A stretch of DNA of 63,393 bases, counting the filler. It is 8 parts of 8 records of this genome, joined end to end, with 100 filler letters (N's around TTAATTAATTAA, not from the genome) between each part and the next. Parts side by side here need not be neighbours in the genome. Positions count along the whole stretch, not along the records: positions 5,118 to 11,753 come from DRR723986_31311; positions 11,854 to 22,679 come from DRR723986_31335; 6 more parts are not named here. One strand, 5' to 3'. How positions within the stretch are numbered: the first letter of the stretch is position 1; each line of letters opens with the position of its first letter. The position numbers and the translations under genes are program-made. The notes beneath the pieces are model-generated. The model searched no databases and was not told the DNA's origin. It worked only from the letters and a program-made list of their open reading frames with translations. This document shows, one piece after another, positions 11,165-19,662 of this stretch.

Positions 11165-11394
11165 TCGGCAGGTGCGCCTTCATTTAACATTTCCTTGCCG
11201 GCCGGCAGTGTACTGTCAAGTTCCAGCTGCGCTTTACCCCGAATAATTTCAGCGTATGAGCAGCCGTTTAACTGTGCCTGAATCCAGTCGCACAGATTAC
11301 AATAGGCGAACGCAAAACGGTCCAGTGGCTCCGCTTGCCGTAAACTCAACAGCACATTCAACAAGTCCTGCAGCGCTGCGTGGCGCTCCGCATG
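11143..11394 (-). pseudogene. 3' remnant of an unrelated gene, fused in frame to the intron RT fragment
   Basis: Sequence after GVDGM has no RT motifs (FAFAYCNLCDWIQAQL...AEII). It resembles the C-terminus of a helical FCB protein. Confidence 0.4.
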
Positions 11395-11753
11395 CATGCC
11401 GTCTACACCGGGAGAACCCTTGTTTGACGTCACACGAGCGTAGGCCCTGAGCATGTTCTCGCGTTCGACAATTGCTTCGGTCATTGCTATCTCGTTCCGA
11501 CGATAGTACTCACGCCTTGCCGCTGCTTCTGTGCACCCGATAGCTACCCTCGGCGATTCCGTCGCCTACTCTCCCTACGGGCCGCCGACCACTCCGTCGG
11601 GGCTTCGACACGTTCAAACCACACGAAATTTGCGCTGGCGTCTCCATGTCCATGTTTGGGCCTTCACGTTGTCGATCACGCTTCGATGCCCGCTGCTGAC
11701 TTCTGGTGTACCATCGCTGCACGTCGCCGCTGCACATCGCCGCTGCACATCGC
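11395..11753 (-). mobile_element. Truncated group II intron (IIC-like): ribozyme DII/DIII region plus the first 30 codons of the RT/maturase
   Basis: Minus strand CAGAAGTCAGCAG...GAAGGCCCAAAC (domain III-like). ORF start MTEAIVERENMLRAYARVTSNKGSPGVDGM is the RT0 motif of intron-encoded proteins. Confidence 0.8.
11715..11753. repeat. 13-bp tandem repeat x3 (CGCTGCACRTCGC)
   Basis: Copies at 11715, 11728 and 11741, running to the contig end. Confidence 0.85.
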
Positions 11754-12010
11754 NNNNNNNNNNNNNNNNNNNNNNNNNNNNNNNNNNNNNNNNNNNNTTA
11801 ATTAATTAANNNNNNNNNNNNNNNNNNNNNNNNNNNNNNNNNNNNNNNNNNNNGCTATACGTCCGTGCGACTCGCACTAGTCACCCAACCGGTTCTGAAA
11901 TTCAACCAATCAATGCTACGAAATCTTCGCGGCATTGATGGCCATCCATTATGTAGGTAGAACCCCGTGGCTTCCGGGGCATGACTCCACAATGGAAGGA
12001 TTGGTCGAAT

Positions 12011-12988
12011 ATGACCGACACAGCGATAGAGACCGACGCCAGCACTAGCCAACAGGCCGAATCTTCAGGCAACGTGATAGCGATATCCGGCGGGAGCGGC
12101 CTAGTTGGCACGGCTCTGACGCAGCGTTTGGTCCGTTCTGGCCGCCAAGTTGCACATCTGGTCCGCGACGCGAGTGCGAAACGCTCTGTAAACACAATTC
12201 TCTGGGATCCACAGGCCGGCGTTCAAGAAATCGACAAGCTTGAAAATGTCGTTGCAATTGTCCACTTAGCAGGCCGGAGCATCGGAGCAGCTCGTTGGTC
12301 GGATCGTGAGAAGGCACTGATTCGTGATTCACGAGTTGAGCCGACACGCATCCTATCCGAGCAGATTGCAAGCCTCGAACTTCCGAACCTCCATACCTTC
12401 GTCAGCGCATCGGCTGTCGGCATCTACGGTGACCAGGCCGACCGTGAAGTGGGCGACGCAGCAGAGGCCACAGACAGCCTTTCCATTGAGCCGACATTTC
12501 TCTCGGAAGTCGCAAAAGAGTGGGAAGAAGCAGCCACGCCGGCCGCCGGCAAGGTCCGCGTGGTACATCCGCGTCTTGGAATTGTGCTCAGCCCAGAGGG
12601 AGGTGCTTTGGCAAAGATGCTGCCTCTTTTCAAGTTCTTTCTCGGCGGTAGAGTTGGCGCGGGCGATCAGTGGTGGAGCTGGATCTCGCTGCGGGATTGT
12701 GTCGAAGCAATCGTCTGGCTACTCGACAACCCTGACGCTCAAGGCCCTTATAACCTGACTGCACCAGCACCAGTGACCAATTCAGAATTCACGACGGCTC
12801 TTGCGAGTGCTCTGTCACGGCCAGCATTCCTGCCCGCGCCCGCACCGCTACTTCGCTTGGCTCTTGGCGAAATGGCGGACGAACTTCTGCTGCAAAGCTG
12901 TAGGGTGCTGCCTTCCCGACTTCTATCAGAAGGCTTCACCTTCAAGCACACAGACCTTTCCGATTGCCTCAGCGAAATCCTTCAGTAG
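12011..12988 (+). CDS. TIGR01777 family NAD-dependent epimerase/oxidoreductase
   Basis: SGGSGLVG, HLAG, SASAVGIYG, WEEAA, WWSWI, GPYNLTAP. Start uncertain (11981 or 12011). Confidence 0.9.
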   Translation: MTDTAIETDASTSQQAESSGNVIAISGGSGLVGTALTQRLVRSGRQVAHLVRDASAKRSVNTILWDPQAGVQEIDKLENVVAIVHLAGRSIGAARWSDREKALIRDSRVEPTRILSEQIASLELPNLHTFVSASAVGIYGDQADREVGDAAEATDSLSIEPTFLSEVAKEWEEAATPAAGKVRVVHPRLGIVLSPEGGALAKMLPLFKFFLGGRVGAGDQWWSWISLRDCVEAIVWLLDNPDAQGPYNLTAPAPVTNSEFTTALASALSRPAFLPAPAPLLRLALGEMADELLLQSCRVLPSRLLSEGFTFKHTDLSDCLSEILQ

Positions 12989-13010
12989 TCACTGCAAAAC
13001 TCGCCAGGCT

Positions 13011-14111
13011 TCATTTGCGAAATTCTTGAATTCGATGCATGACTTCGCTCCAGTCGCCTTCGAAGCGAACGGCGCGATCGTCAACGTAAACGTGTGCAGG
13101 AGGCTTGTGCTCACAAACCTCATCCACCTCAATCGAGTGTTTCTCTAGCCACCGCTGGATTGCATTTCGCCCAGCTTCGGTAGCGCAACGGGCTGAGTTC
13201 ACAACAACGTAGTAGTCTTGGCGTAGGCGCTGGATGGAACGAGCTGTTCCATGAATCGGTGGGTCAGGAATATTGTCCACGCCGCACCACCCACTTCGAT
13301 AGGAATGAATCACGCCGTCAAAGTCCAGGCAAATTGTCCGCTGCTTGCCACGAATCCCCACCTTCTCACATTGGAGTTTTGTCGCCAGCCTGGTCGAAAG
13401 TAATCGATCGATCGCATCGTGGCCTTCCAACCAACGCACTTCATCAAATTCTTCATCGCTCAAGATTCTCGAATACCAATCATGAGTGTGATGCCGGCCA
13501 AGCAGTCGCAGCCAGTCGCCATAAGAATGCCACTGCGGTTTACCTGGAAAGACTTCTGGTTGATTGTCCAAGCCCAAGCGTGCGTAATCCTTGACCAAGT
13601 TCGATGCAAACGTGTGCACAATGCGAGTACACATAGGTTCACCAAAGACGACGATCAAGTGAAAACCACCTCGACCATTAGAATCGACCAGGATCGGATC
13701 AAATCCCATTTGGTTCAGCCGTTCGTGCCATGTCTTCGCAGCAACAAAATTGGCTTCCCGGGTCGTCGACAATTCATCCGCATCGTGCAAGTCGATGTCG
13801 ATCGCTAACCATCGACTGGTTAGGTCGGTCGAAGTGCTGTGCAGTCCCAGCACACCGCTGACCAACTGCGTCTTAAAATGCTTCGCAAGGGAGGAAACAC
13901 CCAGGAATACTTTGCCACGTTCGTCGCGAAAGGGCGCTGTAATCGCATGATTCTTAGTTCCCGACTCACTGTCGCGGTACTTCTTGGCAACGTATCGTCC
14001 CCAAACGTCGGTGCGATTAACTAGATGCGAATACGTCCACTCTGCTAACTCGTCAGCCCGCTCACGCCACTGCTGGCCAATGACTTTGAAATACTGATCT
14101 GCTTGTTTCAT
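13011..14111 (-). CDS. Archaeo-eukaryotic primase (TOTE-like AEP) domain fused to a C-terminal HAD-superfamily phosphatase
   Basis: AEP motifs WLAIDID, SNGRGGFHLIVVF, EVFP...GDWLRL. HAD motifs CLDFDGVI, NSAR, KPP, YVDDRA. Confidence 0.72.
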   Translation of the reverse strand: MKQADQYFKVIGQQWRERADELAEWTYSHLVNRTDVWGRYVAKKYRDSESGTKNHAITAPFRDERGKVFLGVSSLAKHFKTQLVSGVLGLHSTSTDLTSRWLAIDIDLHDADELSTTREANFVAAKTWHERLNQMGFDPILVDSNGRGGFHLIVVFGEPMCTRIVHTFASNLVKDYARLGLDNQPEVFPGKPQWHSYGDWLRLLGRHHTHDWYSRILSDEEFDEVRWLEGHDAIDRLLSTRLATKLQCEKVGIRGKQRTICLDFDGVIHSYRSGWCGVDNIPDPPIHGTARSIQRLRQDYYVVVNSARCATEAGRNAIQRWLEKHSIEVDEVCEHKPPAHVYVDDRAVRFEGDWSEVMHRIQEFRK

Positions 14112-14239
14112 AAGTTGCTATTCTGGATGAACAAACGTGCCGTTGGCAGCGATTCGAGGAACTGCCCGAAACGTAGTACAATGATAACTGCGTTCACGTG
14201 GCAATAATGGACCGCGACAACCTGCTGGGAAAAACCAAG

Positions 14240-15853
14240 ATGGCTCAGAGAAGCGAATCGAAATCCATCCCTGATCTTTACAAGCTACTCGGGTTGTCTG
14301 GGCCTGCGGCAAGCGAAGAGCAAGTTTCGGAAGCGATTGGCAAGTTAGAACGAAAAGCGGTTGCACTTTCGCAGCGTGACGATTCGCGAGCGGCTGGAGC
14401 CAAGCAGTTGTTGAGAGTTGCTCGCAAGCAGCTTACGTCACCGCAGCAGCGCGAGTTGTACGATCAGGCATGGTCCAAGCAGTTCGGGGCCGCCTCCGCG
14501 GACACACGCAAAGCGCCAGCATCAAACGCCGTAGCTCAGCCGACCAGCACACGGCTTCGGGAGCTTCTTCCGGCTGGTTCGCCCGAAGCGCCATTTGACA
14601 TGGCCACCTATTTGTCGCAACAGCAGGAGCCGGTCAGCGATGCCGAGATCGAGCAGGAGTTTGCAACCATTATCGCTCGAATGAGTGGAATCCACCAGCC
14701 TGCCGCGTCTTCAACACCTCAGCCCGCAGCACCTCATTCTCCGGTCGCCGCGGCAAGCGCACTCCAGCCCGTATCCAGACCGGCCCCTGGTATTTCCAAC
14801 AAGTTGCGTCGCAAGAAGAAGGGCAACTTGCTTGTGCCTGCCATCGGTCTCGTTTCGTGCACTGCGGCTGTGCTCGCGTTGATCGCCTATTTAGTGAATT
14901 CACCAGGCGATGAAAAGGAGGTTGCGGATGCAACACAGCAAAAAACTGCTCCGGCGACTACGGCTCCCGCTCCGTCTCAGCCAAAACGCAGCGGCCTGCC
15001 ACAGGTCAAAGGGCTTGATGGATCAAATTCGAATACGGAATCCCTCGGAGGAAACTTCCAACTGGGAGGCGTCAATGATTCGATGCAAGGCGCTGCAAAA
15101 GACGGAGGCATGGCCGCTCAGATGTCGGGCACTTCTGGGGGCTCCGATTTGGCGGCTGCCTCCAATATGTCGGCGGACGATGACGGCATGACTCCAATGA
15201 ATAGCGGTGACTCGATGCCTGAAATGCAATCACCAACCATGCAGCCAGGCGGTGCGTCGCCGCCAAACGATTCAACTCCGCCAAGTACAACATCCCCAGA
15301 GCCGCTTACTGCGGAGGCGAAGCAACTGTTTGTTTCAGTGTGTCAGGAAGCAATTCAGCTACTTGGCGACTACGAATACGATGACGCTCGCAACAAACTG
15401 GACCAACTCCTCGAACTAAACCTTCCGCCAGAGGAGAAGGGACAAGCAAGCCGATTGCGGCAACTTGCCGATTACGCCGAACAGGGTTTTAGGGGCCTGG
15501 AACAGGCAATCCGCAACCTTGGCCCTGGCGAAGTCTTCACTGTTGGAACATCAACGCAAGTCAGCTTCGTGGAAGCGGCAGACAAGAGAATCACCCTCAA
15601 ACTCGGGCCGCGTCCTAAGACATATGACTACGCGGTACTGCCCCCAGGTGTACTGTACAGTTTATTCGACCTTGCCTTGGATCGCAGGAATCAAACCGCA
15701 CTGGCCCAGCGATCCGCCTTCATCTTGTTTCAGCCCAATCGCAACGCTCGCTCGCTCGCCACGGCTCAAGACTACATGACGCGAGCGATCGTATCGAGCA
15801 ACGTTCCAGGCGAGTTGGTCGACGTCTTCGGCGACCCATGGTTCTCTGAATAG
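14240..15853 (+). CDS. Planctomycete-type membrane protein with degenerate J-like N-terminus
   Basis: DLYKLLGL...LTSPQQRELYD with no HPD; one TM segment after RRKKK; low-complexity linker; helical C-terminal domain. Confidence 0.6.
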   Translation: MAQRSESKSIPDLYKLLGLSGPAASEEQVSEAIGKLERKAVALSQRDDSRAAGAKQLLRVARKQLTSPQQRELYDQAWSKQFGAASADTRKAPASNAVAQPTSTRLRELLPAGSPEAPFDMATYLSQQQEPVSDAEIEQEFATIIARMSGIHQPAASSTPQPAAPHSPVAAASALQPVSRPAPGISNKLRRKKKGNLLVPAIGLVSCTAAVLALIAYLVNSPGDEKEVADATQQKTAPATTAPAPSQPKRSGLPQVKGLDGSNSNTESLGGNFQLGGVNDSMQGAAKDGGMAAQMSGTSGGSDLAAASNMSADDDGMTPMNSGDSMPEMQSPTMQPGGASPPNDSTPPSTTSPEPLTAEAKQLFVSVCQEAIQLLGDYEYDDARNKLDQLLELNLPPEEKGQASRLRQLADYAEQGFRGLEQAIRNLGPGEVFTVGTSTQVSFVEAADKRITLKLGPRPKTYDYAVLPPGVLYSLFDLALDRRNQTALAQRSAFILFQPNRNARSLATAQDYMTRAIVSSNVPGELVDVFGDPWFSE

Positions 15854-15888
15854 TTCCCCAGGCTGCGATGGACTGATTAGAGAAATTG

Positions 15889-16353
15889 TTAAAGCGTCGT
15901 CCAATCTTTGGCGGTGGTCTGCTTGCGCTTGCTGGCCAAGTGATTGTGGCTGTTGGCAACATGCGGCAACCAAAGCGCCTTCTCAACGATGTCCAAAAGT
16001 GTGTCCGGTTCCACGGGCTTCAGCAGGCTGAACACGCCACCGTGACTCGCCAACTTTTGCGATGCATCAGCCGACAAATCGTCTACTAGGAAGATGACCG
16101 GTGTGTCGGATGTATTGTCGAACGTTCGCAAACGGCTTGCAAAGTCACACCCCGCCTGAACGTCAGCGATCGATAGCACAATGGCATCGAACTGCCCCGA
16201 TGCGATCGACTCGTTTGCGACAGCCTCGGTCCTCGCCAGCACTGGCGTATGCCCACCCGATTTGAGAGCCGCCCCCATTGCCGTCAGCATCAACGGATCG
16301 GTTTCAATGACCAAGACCCGCGCGATGAGCGAGTCCATTCGCGTGATTGCCAT
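15889..16353 (-). CDS. Atypical single-domain response regulator
   Basis: Receiver pattern VLVIETD, DAIVLS, PVIFL, LLKP. Ser occupies the usual phospho-acceptor Asp position. Confidence 0.75.
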   Translation of the reverse strand: MAITRMDSLIARVLVIETDPLMLTAMGAALKSGGHTPVLARTEAVANESIASGQFDAIVLSIADVQAGCDFASRLRTFDNTSDTPVIFLVDDLSADASQKLASHGGVFSLLKPVEPDTLLDIVEKALWLPHVANSHNHLASKRKQTTAKDWTTL

Positions 16354-16375
16354 CGAAAGTGCCCTTCAGTTTGAA

Positions 16376-17344
16376 CTAGATTTGATAGTTTGCTTCAGGC
16401 ACCATATCATCTGGCACACCGCCACGCACCTTCAGCTTGGGCTTCTCCAGAACAACCGTTGCGTGAGGGGCAACAGAAGCAGTGATCCAGACACTCGACC
16501 CTATAACACTATCGTGCCCTAGAGTCGTCTTGCCGCCGAGTATCGTCGCGTTGGCATAAATGACCACGCGATCTTCGATGGTTGGGTGGCGTTTTTGGCC
16601 ACGAATCAACTGACCATCGGAGTCGGTCGGAAAGCTCAGCGCACCGAGCGTTACGCCCTGGTAGATCTTCACGTGAGCCCCAATATCGCAGGTCTCGCCG
16701 ATCACGACCCCCGTTCCGTGATCGATAAAGAAGTACTCACCAATGGTCGCACCGGGGTGGATATCGATGCCGGTCTCTTTGTGGGCCCATTCTGTCATCA
16801 TTCTTGGAATGAACGGAACGCCCAGTTGCACTAACATGTTTGCGAGGCGATAGACGGTGATCGCTTCCAGCCCTGGGTAGCAGAAGATAATCTCATCGCG
16901 GCTGGAAACGGCCGGGTCGCCGTCGTACGCTGCCTCTACGTCGGTAGCCAAAATCCGCCGCAGTGCGGGAACTTGCTCCAAGAACTTGATAGCAATTGCC
17001 TGCCCCTTCGCCTCGTAGTCGGTCTGCGTTTCGCAGTCGCTGACTCGCTCCTTGACGCGGTCATCATGACGAAGCGCTCGAGCGATCTGGGTGGTCAGTT
17101 TGTCGTGCAGTCCATCGACCAAATCTCCGACGTGGTATTCAACGTTCCCGATGTGGAGGTTCTCTCGGCGCCGAAAGCCGGGGTAGAGGATGTCCTTCAG
17201 GTCACGAATCACCGAGACAATCGCGTCGTAGTTGGGCAGCGGACAGTGACCAAGGTGGTTAATGCGATCTTCGGCGGTATAAGTGCCTACGATCTCCTTG
17301 GTCAGATTCGGTAGCTGTTCCTTGAGGCGAAAATCGGATGCCAT
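16376..17344 (-). CDS. cysE: Serine O-acetyltransferase (EpsC/CysE type)
   Basis: [44 protein letters not shown]. Confidence 0.93.
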   Translation of the reverse strand: MASDFRLKEQLPNLTKEIVGTYTAEDRINHLGHCPLPNYDAIVSVIRDLKDILYPGFRRRENLHIGNVEYHVGDLVDGLHDKLTTQIARALRHDDRVKERVSDCETQTDYEAKGQAIAIKFLEQVPALRRILATDVEAAYDGDPAVSSRDEIIFCYPGLEAITVYRLANMLVQLGVPFIPRMMTEWAHKETGIDIHPGATIGEYFFIDHGTGVVIGETCDIGAHVKIYQGVTLGALSFPTDSDGQLIRGQKRHPTIEDRVVIYANATILGGKTTLGHDSVIGSSVWITASVAPHATVVLEKPKLKVRGGVPDDMVPEANYQI

Positions 17345-17598
17345 TGAGACGGCTCCTTGAGGGCACGGTGTTCAGGTTTCCACTTAGGATGTTGAGGACG
17401 CGGATAAAGCGCATTCCTGACAGGGCAGTTGAAAAACTGAATCGAGCACAGCCAACCGCTTCCACCGTCATCGGCTCTAGAAAGCCAATAATCCAAGCCA
17501 GCGGTATCGACTGCGCTAATTGACTTGACCGCAATATTTTACCGCGTTGACGCAGCTTCCTCAGTACGCAGAACGCGGCAGGATAGAATCGCAGCCAG

Positions 17599-18030
17599 TT
17601 AAACTGCCCCGGAACTAAGAGACCAGCCGTCTTGGAAAAAGGTGATCGCATTCGTGCCAAGCGATTCAGAATAGGTGTCGATCGTCTGCTGAGCTACACG
17701 AACAAGCCTCTCGAACAGCTCGGGCGCGGAAGCCAAACCTGCCTCGACCTCGTCTGCCGCCGGGCCGCTGATGTTCAATCCAGGTCGATTACCGCTCAGA
17801 TCTAGCTCGATTTCGAAGTCGCCACCACCGGATAACTTCTCTAGCTCGGCCTTGATACTACCAAGAAGACTCGCCAGATCGGCCCCGCCGCCCGATGAGT
17901 CGGCCGGACTGCCAGGGTTCAGTGCTTCTGCGAAGGCAGCGGAGGCTCCACCGATCACCTTGGCTGCCCCACGCGCAGCGGACGCAGCAACTGGAATTGC
18001 TGCACCGATAATTGCTGGCGTTAGTGTCAT
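17599..18030 (-). CDS. Hypothetical protein
   Basis: ATG preceded by GAGGTGG; Ala/Gly-rich N-terminus. Confidence 0.55.
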   Translation of the reverse strand: MTLTPAIIGAAIPVAASAARGAAKVIGGASAAFAEALNPGSPADSSGGGADLASLLGSIKAELEKLSGGGDFEIELDLSGNRPGLNISGPAADEVEAGLASAPELFERLVRVAQQTIDTYSESLGTNAITFFQDGWSLSSGAV

Positions 18031-18330
18031 GAGCGCAGACCACCTCGTATAGTTCGGTTCCTCTGGCAATGGATCGGCATAATCGGCACAACCCCTCCAG
18101 GTTTTCAATCGTAAGGGTGAAATAAAGCCACCGTTTGCAGCCGACTGATGAGCCTTTCAGCCCTGTTGAAGCAAGGCAGTCTGCTATTGGCCAGTTGTAG
18201 GTCGGGTACAATCTGGTGCTAGCAAGGCCGCCAGTCCGTGCTGCCTACATATTGACTTCATTGAAGAGCTTGGCCGCTGCGATCAGTTCGGCCAAGAACG
18301 AGACTCCTGCTTCGACGCAAAGCCGCAATT

Positions 18331-19476
18331 ATGTCCATCGAGCGAAATCCAACACGTAGCGTCCAAATCGGCTCCATCTCAATCGGTGCCGAGCATCCAA
18401 TCGCTGTCCAGAGTATGACCGCGACGCACACCCAGGATATTGATGCAACGGTAGGCCAAGTCAACGCGCTGCATGAAGCGGGTGCAGACGTGGTTCGAAT
18501 CGCTGTCGACAGCACAAAGGACGCAGCCGCTTTGGCCGAGATTCGTAAACAAACCGAAGCGAATCTCTCGGTCGATCTGCAAGAGAATTATCGCCTGGCT
18601 GAACTGGTTGCTCCGCACGTCGACAAAATTCGATACAACCCTGGGCACCTGTATCACCACGAGAAACAACGGAGTTGGCAGGAGAAGGTCGAATACATCT
18701 GCAACATCGCCAAGGACAACGACTGTGCGATCCGAGTTGGCGTCAATTGCGGAAGTGTCGACCCAGACAAGAAAGCAAAGTACGGCCCGGACGATGATAT
18801 CAACCCGATTCTTGAAAGTGGTATCGAGCACTGCGAGCACCTCGAATCGCTAGGATTCACGCGGTTTGCCGTTTCGATGAAGGACAGCGATCCGACAAAG
18901 GTGGTCGCGATCAACCAAAAATTTGCGGAACAACGTCCAGACATCCCACTGCACCTGGGCGTTACCGAAGCTGGTCTACCACCTGATGGAGTGATTAAGA
19001 CTCGCATCGCTTTTGAACAGCTTATCGGACGTGGGATAGGCGACACGATTCGAGTTTCATTAACCGTCCCGAACCCTCGCAAGCCGGAAGAGATTGCAGC
19101 AGGGCGGCAGATCATTGACGACATCTACGCCGGGCGTCTTCGCAGTGTGGTGGCTTTGGATCCGACAGCACTGAATATCATTTCCTGCCCAAGCTGCTCG
19201 CGGGTCGAGAACGAAGCGTTCGTTGAGCTGGCACAAGACGTGAAGGAAATGACTCAGTATGCCAAGGATCATGCCATCACGATTGCAGTAATGGGTTGCC
19301 GTGTAAACGGCCCTGGTGAAACCGATGACGCGGACCTTGGGCTCTGGTGTGGTCCCAAACGTGTAAACCTGAAAAAGGGCGAAGACACCCTCGGCGCTTA
19401 CACTTACGATGAAATACTACCGGTACTCAGAACGGAACTCGATAAACTGATTGATGAAAAGAAGCAAAGCGTCTAG
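18331..19476 (+). CDS. ispG: (E)-4-hydroxy-3-methylbut-2-enyl-diphosphate synthase
   Basis: [50 protein letters not shown]. Confidence 0.97.
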   Translation: MSIERNPTRSVQIGSISIGAEHPIAVQSMTATHTQDIDATVGQVNALHEAGADVVRIAVDSTKDAAALAEIRKQTEANLSVDLQENYRLAELVAPHVDKIRYNPGHLYHHEKQRSWQEKVEYICNIAKDNDCAIRVGVNCGSVDPDKKAKYGPDDDINPILESGIEHCEHLESLGFTRFAVSMKDSDPTKVVAINQKFAEQRPDIPLHLGVTEAGLPPDGVIKTRIAFEQLIGRGIGDTIRVSLTVPNPRKPEEIAAGRQIIDDIYAGRLRSVVALDPTALNIISCPSCSRVENEAFVELAQDVKEMTQYAKDHAITIAVMGCRVNGPGETDDADLGLWCGPKRVNLKKGEDTLGAYTYDEILPVLRTELDKLIDEKKQSV

Positions 19477-19662
19477 TTCGATTCCCTCAACGCCAACCAG
19501 GGTTTCACACCAGTGATGTTTGAGTTTAATGACCAATGGTAGTCCCCTGAGCCGTATCGATTCGTGCTTTAGGACACGTTGCTTCATCGATCGCACGTTT
19601 CAAATCCCGCTCTACTCCGGAAGCAATCTATTGATCGCTGCGAGTAGTAAGCGCGGCGTTCT

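Noticed and set aside
11395-11484. Retron, DGR or defence RT
   Set aside because: Only the RT0 motif of a group II intron protein is present. There is no YADD core, template/variable repeat pair or msr-msd.
18140-18185. Hammerhead ribozyme (CTGATGAG)
   Set aside because: No GAAA after stem II and no compatible cleavage triplet with flanking stems.
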